From assembly GCA_963719575.1 (NCBI GenBank), contig CAVRCN010000004.1, positions 226,875 through 290,874 on the forward strand: 64,000 nt of DNA, written 5' to 3'. The notes below the pieces were generated by a model. The model searched no databases. It was not told the origin of the DNA and saw only the letters and a list, made by a program, of their open reading frames with translations. This DNA comes from an uncultured Acidobacteriaceae bacterium. GTDB lineage: Bacteria > Acidobacteriota > Terriglobia > Terriglobales > Acidobacteriaceae. How positions within the stretch are numbered: the first letter of the stretch is position 1; each line of letters opens with the position of its first letter. The position numbers were made by a program, and so were the translations under genes. Below, one piece after another: positions 35,324 through 44,876 of the stretch.

Positions 35324-36334
35324 TCAGCCGTCGATTTTCGCTTCGCGTAATTGTTTTACGGCGCTCTCGCTGCTGACCGGCGAATAATACACTTCCTTGA
35401 ACGTGTAGGAGCGCGCTTTCGAGGTCACGACCGGCAGGATTTCGATGTGCCAGTGGTAATCCTCGTCGAGGGTCTTCCAGTAGCCGAGATTCTTTGAGGG
35501 ATGCATGCTGTTGGGCGAGGTGTGCAAGACCAGGTGGAAATTTTCAGTGATGGTGCGCACCCGCTGCAGCGTGCGGCGAAGCAGCGCTGCGAGATTGGTA
35601 AGCACGACTCCGCGAGCCAGGCCGGTGCGCTCGAAAGAGGCTTCGTGGGTGCGCGGGAGAATCCAGGTTTCGTAGGGAACACGGGGAGCGTAGGGACACA
35701 GGGCAACGTAGTCTCCACGCGCTTCGAGCACACGCAGGGCTTGCCGCTCTTCCTGGTTGAGAATGTCGCAGAACACGCAACGCTCTTTGGCGACGAAATA
35801 TTCGCGTCCCGCGCGGAGTTCGTAAAGTACGCGGCGCGGAACGAACAGAGTTGCCGTTATTTGCGACGTGGGATGGCTGAACTCCTGGCCGGCGCTGGGA
35901 CCGTAGTCTTTGAAAAGGCTGACGTATTTGACGCGCGGGTCGCGCTTGAGGTCAAAGATGCGTTCGGCAGCGAGGCGCAGAAATTGTTCGATCTCTCCGT
36001 CGCTCGCGTTCCAGAGATGGCGGTCGTGCTGCGGATTTTCGACGATTACTTCGTGCGCGCCTACTGAGTGCATGCGGTCGTAGAGGCCATCGCCGCGGCG
36101 TCCGGGCTCGCCTTCGATGTGGTAGAGAGGAGTGGGATGCACCACGGCGCGCGCCGACCAGCGCGCGCCGACCGCATTGGGAACTGACGAAATCACTTGC
36201 GGCGTTTCTTTAGAATCCGCACAGAAGCGGCAGGCTGATTCGGGCCGCGGTCCGGCCTCCGTGGGATCGTCGCCGGTAATGACCCACGAGCGCGTGATGG
36301 GATCCTTGCGCAGCTCCATGCGATAAGAGAACAC
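35324..36334 (-). CDS. GalT-like (galactose-1-phosphate uridylyltransferase / DUF4921-type HIT superfamily) protein with non-canonical HPTSQ motif
   Basis: ELRKDPITRSWVI start, CRFC Zn-knuckle, two-lobed layout ending YHWHIEILP. The active-site position reads SHPTSQ instead of HPHxQ. Confidence 0.7.
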   Translation of the reverse strand: MFSYRMELRKDPITRSWVITGDDPTEAGPRPESACRFCADSKETPQVISSVPNAVGARWSARAVVHPTPLYHIEGEPGRRGDGLYDRMHSVGAHEVIVENPQHDRHLWNASDGEIEQFLRLAAERIFDLKRDPRVKYVSLFKDYGPSAGQEFSHPTSQITATLFVPRRVLYELRAGREYFVAKERCVFCDILNQEERQALRVLEARGDYVALCPYAPRVPYETWILPRTHEASFERTGLARGVVLTNLAALLRRTLQRVRTITENFHLVLHTSPNSMHPSKNLGYWKTLDEDYHWHIEILPVVTSKARSYTFKEVYYSPVSSESAVKQLREAKIDG

Positions 36335-36440
36335 TGCGATCGAAGGCGAGTCAACTGTGATTTCCTGCGGGGCACAATGAGAAATGACGCAGATGCTGGG
36401 CGGTCAGCTTTGTTATAATCCGCGCCAAGCCCCGCCTCGA

Positions 36441-39167
36441 ATGACCGAGCCCGTAACCGAGCCGATGACTGAGCCGTCCACTCCGCTGATGCGGCAGTAT
36501 GCCGCAGTCAAGAAAGATCATCCCACGGCCTTGCTGTTCTTTCGCCTGGGAGATTTCTACGAGCTTTTCTTCGATGACGCGATTGTGGCGGCCAAGGAAT
36601 TGCAGATTACTCTGACCTCGCGCAATAAGGAAAAAGGCATTGCGGTACCCATGTGTGGCGTGCCACATCATGCGGCCGAAAACTACATTGGGAAGCTTAT
36701 TCGCAAGGGCTTCAAGGTGGCGATCTGCGAGCAGGTGGAGGATGCGCGGCTGGCAAAGAAGCTGGTGCGCCGCGAAGTGACGCGCGTGGTCACTCCGGGG
36801 ACTGCGGCAGATTCTTTGCTGGGAGCGGAGGATAATAATTTTCTGGCGGCGCTGGCGCAGGTAGGCGACCGCGTGGGATTTGCGGCGCTCGATGTCTCGA
36901 CGGGAGAGTTTCGGGCGACGGAGTTTTCTGGCGACGGAGCGCTGCGGCGGGTGCAGGAAGAGTTGGAGCAGCTGCGGCCGAAGGAGTTGCTGTATGGGTC
37001 GGCGGCGCCATTGTTTGAGGCGAAGAGCAGCCGAGCTTCGCTCGGCGAAGCGGGCGGGGCGCCAGTTCCCGCACAACCCTTGGCGCCGCATGGGCCTCAG
37101 CCTCGGGGGGCTGGGGTCACTTGTACCGAGACTCCGCTGGATGATTGGGTGTTCGCGCCGGATCACGCCATTCCTCTGCTGGAGAATCATTTTGGGGTTT
37201 TGTCGCTGGAGGGATTTGGGCTTTCTGGGCGCGCGGCTGCTGCGTCGGCGGCGGGAGCGATTCTTTATTACGTGCGGTCCACGCAGCGGGGGTCGCTTGA
37301 TCATGTGGACCGCATTGGCTGGTACGAACGGCAGAACTGTCTGGTGCTCGACGCGGTTACGGTGCGCAATCTCGAGTTGATTGAGCCGCTGTTTGCGGGG
37401 ACGGATGCGGGAGTCACATTGTTTCGCGCGGTCGACTGCACCGCTACACCGATGGGGAAGCGTTTGCTGCGCTCGTGGATGCTGCGGCCGGCGCTCGATC
37501 TGGGCGAGATTAATGCGCGGCTCGACGCGGTGGAAGCGGGAGTGAAGGCGACCGTGGCACGGGAGGAACTGCGCCGGGCTCTTGATGGAGTGCTTGATCT
37601 GGAGCGGCTTTTGAGCCGGGTTGCGCTGGAAACGGCGAATCCGCGCGATGTGCTGGCGCTGGGAAATTCGCTGGGGAGACTTCCCGCGATCAAGGCGGCA
37701 TTGGGGCGGGTGACTTCGCAACGGTTCAATGCGCTTCACGAATCACTCGATGACTTGAACGACCTGCGCGAGCGCATCGACAAGACGATCGTGCCGGAGC
37801 CGCCGCTTACTTTCACGGATGGCGGCGTGGTCGCGGCGGGCGTGGACCGCGAGCTCGACGAACTGCGGGAGCTTTCGCGCAACAGCAAGCAGGTGCTGGC
37901 GCAGATCGAGCAGCGCGAGCGCGGGCGTACTGGCATCGGTTCGCTTAAAGTTAAGTTTAATTCGATCTTCGGGTATTACATCGAGATCTCGAAGGCGAAT
38001 CTGCATCTGGTGCCCCAGGACTATGACCGTAAGCAGACGCTGGTGGGCGCTGAACGGTTTACTACTCCGGAGCTCAAGGAGTATGAGGCCAAGATTCTTG
38101 ACGCGCAGGAAAAGATCGTCGAGATCGAACGGCGGTTGTTTGCCACGTTGCGGACGGCAATTGCAGGCGAGGCCAAGCGGATACGGCAGACCGCGCTGGC
38201 GCTGGCGGAAGTGGATGTGCTGGCGTCGCTGGCGCACGTTGCCGCGCTGCGAAATTACTGCCGGCCGCAGTTCGAGTCGGACGGCGCGGAGAAAACCGGG
38301 GAGTCTGGCGTTTTGGAAATTATTGAGGGCCGGCATCCGGTGATTGAGCAGCAGGAGTTGGCGGGCGGCAGCGACCGGTTTGTGCCGAACGATCTTTACC
38401 TCAACGCCAACACGCACACGATTGTGCTGCTGACGGGACCGAACATGGGCGGCAAGTCGACTTACTTGCGGCAGACGGCGCTGATTGTGATTCTGGCGCA
38501 GATGGGCTCGTTCGTTCCGGCGCGGTCGGCGCAGCTGGGCGTAGTGGATCGCGTGTTCACGCGCATTGGAGCCAGCGACAATCTGGCTCGCGGTCGGTCG
38601 ACGTTTATGGTGGAGATGACGGAGACGGCGGCGATTCTGCACACGGCGACGGCGCGATCGCTGATTTTGCTGGATGAAGTGGGACGCGGGACTTCTACGT
38701 ATGACGGGCTTGCGATTGCCTGGGCGGCGATTGAGTATCTGCATGCGCGGGTGCGGGCCAAGACTTTGTTCGCCACGCATTATTTCGAGTTGACGGAGTT
38801 GGCGCAGCAGCTTTCGGGGGTGAAGAATTATCACGTCTCCGTGAAGGAGACCGGCGGTGGGGTTGTTTTTCTGCGCAAAGTTGAGCCGGGGGCGGCGGAC
38901 CGGAGCTATGGCATAGAAGTCGCCAAGTTGGCGGGGTTGCCGAATGAAGTGGTGGTGCGGGCGCGGGAAGTGCTGGCCGAGCATGAGTCCGCGGAGCGCG
39001 AGGTGACCGGACATCTTTCTCCAGGGGCAACGCCTGCGCCGACGCAGCTGACGATCTTCACACCAATCTCGCAGCCGGTGCTGGAGAAGCTGCGCGAAGT
39101 CGACTTGAATCGGCTCACACCGCTGGAAGCGTTGAACTTGTTGGCGGAGTTGAAGAAGCAGATCTAG
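36441..39167 (+). CDS. mutS: DNA mismatch repair protein MutS
   Basis: [34 protein letters not shown] and Walker [14 protein letters not shown], then STFMVEMTE and [12 protein letters not shown]. Start is ambiguous among 36384, 36441 and 36465. Confidence 0.95.
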   Translation: MTEPVTEPMTEPSTPLMRQYAAVKKDHPTALLFFRLGDFYELFFDDAIVAAKELQITLTSRNKEKGIAVPMCGVPHHAAENYIGKLIRKGFKVAICEQVEDARLAKKLVRREVTRVVTPGTAADSLLGAEDNNFLAALAQVGDRVGFAALDVSTGEFRATEFSGDGALRRVQEELEQLRPKELLYGSAAPLFEAKSSRASLGEAGGAPVPAQPLAPHGPQPRGAGVTCTETPLDDWVFAPDHAIPLLENHFGVLSLEGFGLSGRAAAASAAGAILYYVRSTQRGSLDHVDRIGWYERQNCLVLDAVTVRNLELIEPLFAGTDAGVTLFRAVDCTATPMGKRLLRSWMLRPALDLGEINARLDAVEAGVKATVAREELRRALDGVLDLERLLSRVALETANPRDVLALGNSLGRLPAIKAALGRVTSQRFNALHESLDDLNDLRERIDKTIVPEPPLTFTDGGVVAAGVDRELDELRELSRNSKQVLAQIEQRERGRTGIGSLKVKFNSIFGYYIEISKANLHLVPQDYDRKQTLVGAERFTTPELKEYEAKILDAQEKIVEIERRLFATLRTAIAGEAKRIRQTALALAEVDVLASLAHVAALRNYCRPQFESDGAEKTGESGVLEIIEGRHPVIEQQELAGGSDRFVPNDLYLNANTHTIVLLTGPNMGGKSTYLRQTALIVILAQMGSFVPARSAQLGVVDRVFTRIGASDNLARGRSTFMVEMTETAAILHTATARSLILLDEVGRGTSTYDGLAIAWAAIEYLHARVRAKTLFATHYFELTELAQQLSGVKNYHVSVKETGGGVVFLRKVEPGAADRSYGIEVAKLAGLPNEVVVRAREVLAEHESAEREVTGHLSPGATPAPTQLTIFTPISQPVLEKLREVDLNRLTPLEALNLLAELKKQI

Positions 39168-39218
39168 ACAAAGAGTACGCTGAGGAAAACGATCCCGACG
39201 AATCGTTCGCAATCTCGA

Positions 39219-40388
39219 ATGCCAGCCACGACCAAGCTTTCAAGCCTCCAGACCACGGGCCAGTTGCTGATCGTTGGCTTCAACGGCACGGAGATGACGC
39301 CGCGGCTCAGTTCCCTGCTCGCGCGGCTGCAGCCGGCGGGGGTGATTCTGTTTGCGCGCAACATCAAGAGCGCGGAGCAGACCTGGCGGCTGCTGAGAGA
39401 ATGCCGGAAGTGCGTTTCCACGCCGCTGTTCACTTGCGTTGATCTGGAAGGCGGAAGCGTCGATCGTTTTCGCGATGCGATCGGACCCACGCCTTCGGCG
39501 GCGGAGGTGTTCGCGACCGGAGACCGCAAACTTTTTCGCGCGCACGGCCGGATGATCGGCGAGAACTGCCGCGGTTTCGGCTTCAACATCGATTTCGCGC
39601 CTGTGCTCGACCTGGCATTTGAAGCCTCAAGCAGCGTGATGGGCTCGCGGGCGGTTTCGGAAAACCCGCGAAAGGTCGTGGCGTATGCGCAGGAGTTTCT
39701 TGCGGGATTACGCGCTGCGAACGTGTTCGGGTGCGGCAAGCACTTCCCTGGCCTCGGCGAAGGCAAACTGGACAGCCACCACGCGTTGCCGGTCATCCAG
39801 AGGTCGATGAAGAAACTTTGGGCTGAAGACCTTGTTCCCTACCGTACGCTGCGCCAGCAGTTGCCTTTTGTGATGATTTCGCATGCGGCTTATCCGCAGG
39901 TGACACACGATCAGACTCCCGCATCGCTGTCGAAGGTCTGGATTACGGATATCCTGCGCAAGCGCATCGGCTTCCGCAACCTGATCGTGTCGGATGATTT
40001 GGAGATGGGCGGAGTGCTTTCCGCCGCGCCTATTGGGCAGGCTGCGGTGCAACATATTCGGGCGGGCGGAGATTTGTGTTTGATCTGCCACCGCGAGGAC
40101 TACATTCTGCAGGCGTTTGAAGCGTTGACTTCCGCAGCGGAAAGCGATTCGAAGTTTGCCGCCCGTGTCCAGGACGCCGCTAAGCGCGTGCTGGCATTCA
40201 AGAAGAAATCGCGGACAATGATGCGCGCGGGTAAAGCGCCCTCCGCGGCCGGCGTGGGGAAGTTGTCGCGTAAGCTGTGGGAATTTGGCGAGCAGGTGCG
40301 TATGGAAGCATTCAGCCGGTCTGAATCGTCGGGCCAACAAATCCCCACTTCTCGCAAAGAACGCGAGAAATGGGGCACCCGGCCATGA
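39219..40388 (+). CDS. nagZ: beta-N-acetylhexosaminidase (GH3 N-terminal domain), NagZ-like
   Basis: GGSVDRF..., KHFPGLGEGKLDSHHALPVI and VSDDLEMGG motifs. The last roughly 16 codons are supplied by the 44-bp hairpin repeat. Confidence 0.85.
   Translation: MPATTKLSSLQTTGQLLIVGFNGTEMTPRLSSLLARLQPAGVILFARNIKSAEQTWRLLRECRKCVSTPLFTCVDLEGGSVDRFRDAIGPTPSAAEVFATGDRKLFRAHGRMIGENCRGFGFNIDFAPVLDLAFEASSSVMGSRAVSENPRKVVAYAQEFLAGLRAANVFGCGKHFPGLGEGKLDSHHALPVIQRSMKKLWAEDLVPYRTLRQQLPFVMISHAAYPQVTHDQTPASLSKVWITDILRKRIGFRNLIVSDDLEMGGVLSAAPIGQAAVQHIRAGGDLCLICHREDYILQAFEALTSAAESDSKFAARVQDAAKRVLAFKKKSRTMMRAGKAPSAAGVGKLSRKLWEFGEQVRMEAFSRSESSGQQIPTSRKEREKWGTRP
40339..40382. repeat. 44-bp hairpin repeat, copy 2 (inside nagZ 3' end / anmK 5' region)
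   Basis: AAATCCCCACTTCTCGCAAAGAACGCGAGAAATGGGGCACCCGG. Confidence 0.75.
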
Positions 40389-40414
40389 GCAAGAAAGACA
40401 GGTCCCGTGAAGAC

Positions 40415-41635
40415 ATGATCGTTGCCGGAGTGATGAGCGGCACCTCGGCGGATGGAATTAATGTTGCTTTGGTGCGAATTGGCGGCGCTCTCACGTCAGG
40501 TTTCCGCGCGCCATCCCGTACTGTTTCTGACGCTCGCGGGCGACGCGTCCGCGGCTCGATGAGCAGTTTTGAATTGCTGGGGCACGCGGAGTATTCCTAT
40601 CCCAAGAAAGTTCGCGCGGCTGTGCTGGCGGCGATGAACGCGCCGCAGGCTTCGGTCGCGGACCTGGCGCGGCTCAACTTTCTGCTGGGGGAACTGTATG
40701 CGGATGCCGTGTTGGCGACGCAGCGCAAATTCCGGATCAAGGCTGCGCTCGTGGGCTGTCACGGGCAGACGCTTTACCATCAGGGCGAGGTCGCGCCGTA
40801 TCTTGGGCGCAAGTTGGCGGCGACCTGGCAGACCGGCGAGGCGGCGATTCTGAGTGCGCGATCGGGTGTTCCGGTGGTTTCCGATTTTCGTCCGGCGGAT
40901 ATGGCGGCGGGCGGCAAAGGTGCGCCGCTGGTTCCGTACCTTGATTACTTATTGTTTCGCGACGCGCACGTGGGGAGGATGGTTCAGAATATTGGCGGGA
41001 TCGCGAACCTTACCGCGATTCCGGCTGCGGCATCTTCGAGCGAAGTGATTGCGTTCGACACTGGGCCGGGAAACATGGTGATCGACGCGGTCGCGCAACA
41101 GCTGTATGGCCAGCCGTTCGATAGGGATGGGAAGATCGCGGCGTCTGGGACTTGGATCGAGCCCGTCATCGCGAAGATATTGCGTGATGCTTTTTTCTGT
41201 AGAAAGCCGCCCAAGACAGCTGGCAGAGAAGAATTCGGCCGGGAGTTCGTGGAAAGCTTTCTGCGGCTGTGCGGAAACGCCCGCGCGTGCGACATTGTGG
41301 CCACGGCGACGGCCCTGACTGCGCGTTCGATTGCTGAGGCCGTGCGCCGGTTGCTGCCACGACGCCCGAATGCGCGGAAGAATGCGTTTGGTGAGATGGT
41401 GGTGTCGGGCGGCGGTGCCAAGAATGCGCGGCTGATGGCGATACTATCGGATGAGATGGATAGACTGGGTTTGCGATTGAGATTCTCCGACGAGTTTGGC
41501 GTGCCCTCGGAAGCAAAGGAAGCCGTCGCGTTTGCGGTTCTGGCATATGAAACATGGCACCGCCGATCGTCGAATATTCCATCGGCCACGGGCGCGAAAT
41601 GGCCGGCGGTGTTGGGTAAAATCTCGTATCCTTAA
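40415..41635 (+). CDS. anmK: anhydro-N-acetylmuramic acid kinase
   Basis: IVAGVMSGTSADGINVALV N-terminus, then GCHGQTLYH, FDTGPGNMVID and VSGGGAKN. Start could also be 40370 or 40385. Confidence 0.85.
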   Translation: MIVAGVMSGTSADGINVALVRIGGALTSGFRAPSRTVSDARGRRVRGSMSSFELLGHAEYSYPKKVRAAVLAAMNAPQASVADLARLNFLLGELYADAVLATQRKFRIKAALVGCHGQTLYHQGEVAPYLGRKLAATWQTGEAAILSARSGVPVVSDFRPADMAAGGKGAPLVPYLDYLLFRDAHVGRMVQNIGGIANLTAIPAAASSSEVIAFDTGPGNMVIDAVAQQLYGQPFDRDGKIAASGTWIEPVIAKILRDAFFCRKPPKTAGREEFGREFVESFLRLCGNARACDIVATATALTARSIAEAVRRLLPRRPNARKNAFGEMVVSGGGAKNARLMAILSDEMDRLGLRLRFSDEFGVPSEAKEAVAFAVLAYETWHRRSSNIPSATGAKWPAVLGKISYP

Positions 41636-41671
41636 TAGTTTGACCCAATAATTCGATCCGAATTCGACTCG

Positions 41672-42220
41672 ATGCCTACCTACGTCGCCATGCTGCGTGG
41701 AATCAATCTTGGCCCTCACAAACGGGTCAAGATGGAGGCGCTGCGAAAATCGTTCGAGTCTGCCGGACTCAGGAACGTGCAGACGTATATCCAGAGCGGC
41801 AACGTGGTTTTCAAGGCAGGGAAAACTTCTTCCGCCACTCTGCGCAAGAAGATTGAAGAACAAATCACCGGCGATTTAGGATTTTCCTCGCTGACGATTC
41901 TGCGATCGCAGGAGGAACTTGGCAAGGTCATCAAGGCGAATCCGTTCCTGAAGCAAGCTGGCGCAAACCACGAAGGGCTTCATGTCATCTTTCTACCCAA
42001 ACCTCCGGAAACTGATGTCCTGAAACAACTGCAAAGCCTTACCAAAGCGCCCGACGAATCCTGTTGCCTTGGCCAGGAGATTTATCTTCATCTGCCGAAC
42101 GGATTTTCCCGCAGCAGTATGATGAACAATCCCATCGAGCGAAAATTCCTGGTCCAGGCGACGACCCGCAACTGGCGCACTGTGAACAATATCTACCAGA
42201 TGTGCCTGGGCTGCGAATGA
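41672..42220 (+). CDS. DUF1697 domain protein
   Basis: MPTYVAMLRGINLGPHKRVKMEALR...VQTYIQSGNVVF is the typical DUF1697 N-terminus. Confidence 0.8.
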   Translation: MPTYVAMLRGINLGPHKRVKMEALRKSFESAGLRNVQTYIQSGNVVFKAGKTSSATLRKKIEEQITGDLGFSSLTILRSQEELGKVIKANPFLKQAGANHEGLHVIFLPKPPETDVLKQLQSLTKAPDESCCLGQEIYLHLPNGFSRSSMMNNPIERKFLVQATTRNWRTVNNIYQMCLGCE

Positions 42221-43818
42221 AGGGGAAACCGGCACCAGGTCTGCGAATTACTGCCCAGCGAATTAGCGCTCAACGAATGATTGGTCCACTCCTTCTCTCG
42301 TTTTTTTGTTTTGCCGTCCTCTTCACACTGCTCTCTTGTTCGGGCAAGCCCGATCCCAATACGCTGGTGATGATTATCGAATCGAGTCCTACTAACCTTG
42401 ATCCGCGTGTGGGGCTGGACGCGCAATCGGAGCGCATCGACAGCTTGATCTTCGACGACCTGCTGAGCCGGGGCGATGACCTGAACGTGGCGCCGGGCCT
42501 GGCCGAGCGCTGGGAGATTCCGGACCCGCTCACCTACATTTTTCATTTGCATCCCGGCGTGAAGTTTCATGACGGGCGTCCGCTGACGTCGCGGGATGTG
42601 AAGTGGACATTCGATTCCCTGCTCACCGGAAAAATTCGCAGCCCCAAGGCGGCAGCCTATCGCTTTGTTGATCACCTCGAATCGCCGGACGACCTTACGG
42701 TTGTCTTCCGCATGAAAGAACCGGATGCCGCTCTGCTGTGGAACCTCTCCGACGGAGCAATTGGCATTGTGCCCTATGGCAGCGGCGATGAGATTGCACG
42801 CCGGCCGATCGGCTCGGGGCCATTCGAGTTTGTGAGCGCGGAGACTGATAAGGAGGTTGTGATTGCACGTAACGACAACTACTGGGGCGAGAAGGCCAGG
42901 CTGTCGCGCGTGCGCTTCGCTGTGGTGCCCGACGCGACCACAGAAGCTCTCGAAATGCGCAAAGGCAGCGGAGATGTAATTATCAACCCGTCGTTCCCTC
43001 CCGATACCGTACGGACACTGGAGCGAGATCCGTCTCTCGTCGTCGAGTCTGCGCCCGGCACCCGGCTCGCGTATCTGGGATTCAACATGCGGGATCCGAT
43101 TCTAAAAGATGTCAGAGTGCGCCAGGCCATCGCATATGCGCTCGACCGCCGGCCGATGATTGAGTATCTGTGGCGGGGCGAGGCGCAGCCGGCGCGCAGC
43201 GTTCTTCCGCCGCAGAGTTGGGCCTACTACGGCAGCGTACCAGCTTACGATTTCGATCCGGAAAAATCGCGGAAGTTGCTGGACGCGGCGGGCTATGTTC
43301 CGGTGAATGGAGTTCGTTTTCACATCACCATGAAGACGTCCACGGACGAGAACACGCGCCTGATGGTTGCGGTTATTCAGCAACAGCTGCGGGAAGTCGG
43401 CATTGCGCTCGATATCCGCAGCTTCGAATTTGCAACATTTTTCGCGGACGTGACTCACGGGGCATTTCAGCTTTACGGACTACGCTGGATCGGAGGCAAC
43501 GAAGATCCGGATATTTTTTACGTCTTCCATTCCTCCCGGTTTCCGCCGAATGGGGCCAACCGCGGCTATTATTCGAATCCGAAAGTGGATGCGCTGATTG
43601 ACCGGGCACGCCGCGAGGTCGATCCGGCGGTGCGCAAGCAGCTCTATGCGGAGGTGCAGCGGATTCTGGCGGAGGAGTTGCCTTACATCGATCTTTGGTA
43701 TCTGGACAACGTTCTCCTACACACGCGGCGCGTACGGAATATAAAGCTGAACCCGGCCGGAAACTATGATTTTCTGCGCACGGCGGAGTTGGCGCCACTG
43801 AATAATTCGAATCTGTAG
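42217..43818 (+). CDS. ABC transporter substrate-binding lipoprotein, family 5 (peptide/nickel type); no cognate permease or ATPase genes adjacent
   Basis: ATGA overlap with the DUF1697 stop. Lipobox LLSCSG. Then LDPRVGLDAQSERI..., GPFEFVS and WGEKARLSRVRF patterns. Confidence 0.85.
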   Translation: MKGKPAPGLRITAQRISAQRMIGPLLLSFFCFAVLFTLLSCSGKPDPNTLVMIIESSPTNLDPRVGLDAQSERIDSLIFDDLLSRGDDLNVAPGLAERWEIPDPLTYIFHLHPGVKFHDGRPLTSRDVKWTFDSLLTGKIRSPKAAAYRFVDHLESPDDLTVVFRMKEPDAALLWNLSDGAIGIVPYGSGDEIARRPIGSGPFEFVSAETDKEVVIARNDNYWGEKARLSRVRFAVVPDATTEALEMRKGSGDVIINPSFPPDTVRTLERDPSLVVESAPGTRLAYLGFNMRDPILKDVRVRQAIAYALDRRPMIEYLWRGEAQPARSVLPPQSWAYYGSVPAYDFDPEKSRKLLDAAGYVPVNGVRFHITMKTSTDENTRLMVAVIQQQLREVGIALDIRSFEFATFFADVTHGAFQLYGLRWIGGNEDPDIFYVFHSSRFPPNGANRGYYSNPKVDALIDRARREVDPAVRKQLYAEVQRILAEELPYIDLWYLDNVLLHTRRVRNIKLNPAGNYDFLRTAELAPLNNSNL

Positions 43819-43890
43819 AGACGTAGCTTGCTGCGTCTTTGCGGGCGGCGTTCGGGATCATGGCGGGAGAGACGTTGCAAGCAACGTCTC
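43819..43890. repeat. pair of related palindromic REP-like hairpins (AGACGTAGCTTGCTGCGTCT and GAGACGTTGCAAGCAACGTCTC)
   Basis: The two hairpins lie 30 bp apart, immediately after the SBP stop codon. The second has a perfect 10-bp inverted repeat. Confidence 0.55.
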
Positions 43891-43964
43891 TACGGACGCG
43901 GCGGTGCCCATACATCGCAACGAGCCGAAAATGGCGCGTGTTACCATCGAACCCTGTATCCAAC

Positions 43965-44756
43965 ATGCGAATTCTTTTTATCGGCGACATTTTCGGAAGG
44001 CCGGGACGCGCCATCGTCAAAGACCGTCTGCCGGGGATGGTGCGCGACCACGCGATCAATCTGATTGTTGCTAACGGAGAGAACTCCGCGGCTGGGTTTG
44101 GCATTACTCCGGCGCTCGCTGAAGAACTCTTTGAACTGAATATTGACGTCATCACGACCGGGAACCACGTCTGGGACAAGCGCGAGATCGTCGATTATTT
44201 TCAGATGGTCGAGGGCAACGGGCACGGGCCGGCGCGGCGGTTGCTGCGCCCGGCAAATTATCCTTCGGACATGCCGGGGTGGGGCTTGTATCAGGGCCGA
44301 AAGGGCCAGGTGCCTTATGCGGTGATCAATCTGCAGGGGCGCATTTTTATGGCGTCGAATGACGATCCCTTCCGCGTCGCCGATCAGCTCTTACAGAAAG
44401 TGACGGCCAAAGTGATTCTGGTGGATATCCACGCCGAAGCGACTTCAGAAAAAATCTCGCTGGGGTGGTATCTCGATGGCCGCGTGACCGCGGTCGTGGG
44501 CACGCATACACATGTTCCCACTGCGGACGAGCGCGTTCTGCCCAACGGCACCGCCTACATTACCGATGTCGGCATGACCGGGCCCTATGACGGCGTCATT
44601 GGCGTGAAAAAGGAACTGGTGGTGGGAAAGTTCCTGAACGGCATGCCGGTGCGCTTTGAGCCAGCTACGGGCGATGTACGCCTGTGCGCGGTGGTGATCG
44701 AATGCGACGACAATACCGGCAAGGCACGCCACATTGAACGGCTGATGTTGAGCTGA
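43965..44756 (+). CDS. YmdB-like (TIGR00282) metallophosphoesterase
   Basis: MRILFIGDIFGRPGR, NGENSAAGFGIT, TTGNHVWD and VDIHAEATSEK...GTHTHVPTADE. Confidence 0.85.
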   Translation: MRILFIGDIFGRPGRAIVKDRLPGMVRDHAINLIVANGENSAAGFGITPALAEELFELNIDVITTGNHVWDKREIVDYFQMVEGNGHGPARRLLRPANYPSDMPGWGLYQGRKGQVPYAVINLQGRIFMASNDDPFRVADQLLQKVTAKVILVDIHAEATSEKISLGWYLDGRVTAVVGTHTHVPTADERVLPNGTAYITDVGMTGPYDGVIGVKKELVVGKFLNGMPVRFEPATGDVRLCAVVIECDDNTGKARHIERLMLS

Positions 44757-44876
44757 GCTGGAACCAATCGAGCAACTTGATCGCCGACTGCAAGAATACG
44801 AAACTCCGGCGTTCTCCCGCCAGAGGGACCAAACGTGCCCAGCCAAAACTCCCGAGCCGAGGGTAGAATCATAAAG

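Noticed and set aside
36351-39212. Two long minus-strand ORFs (462 aa and 489 aa) covering the mutS locus
   Set aside because: They are antisense to an unmistakable MutS. Their translations are dominated by R/P/Q/L runs (e.g. [15 protein letters not shown]). These are GC-skew artefacts.
40480-40570. Roughly 25-aa insertion near the AnmK N-terminus (..ALTSGFRAPSRTVSDARGRRVRGSMS..), considered as an in-frame repeat insertion
   Set aside because: The DNA does not match any of the repeat families seen in this window. It may simply be a lineage-specific loop, and I cannot judge without an alignment.
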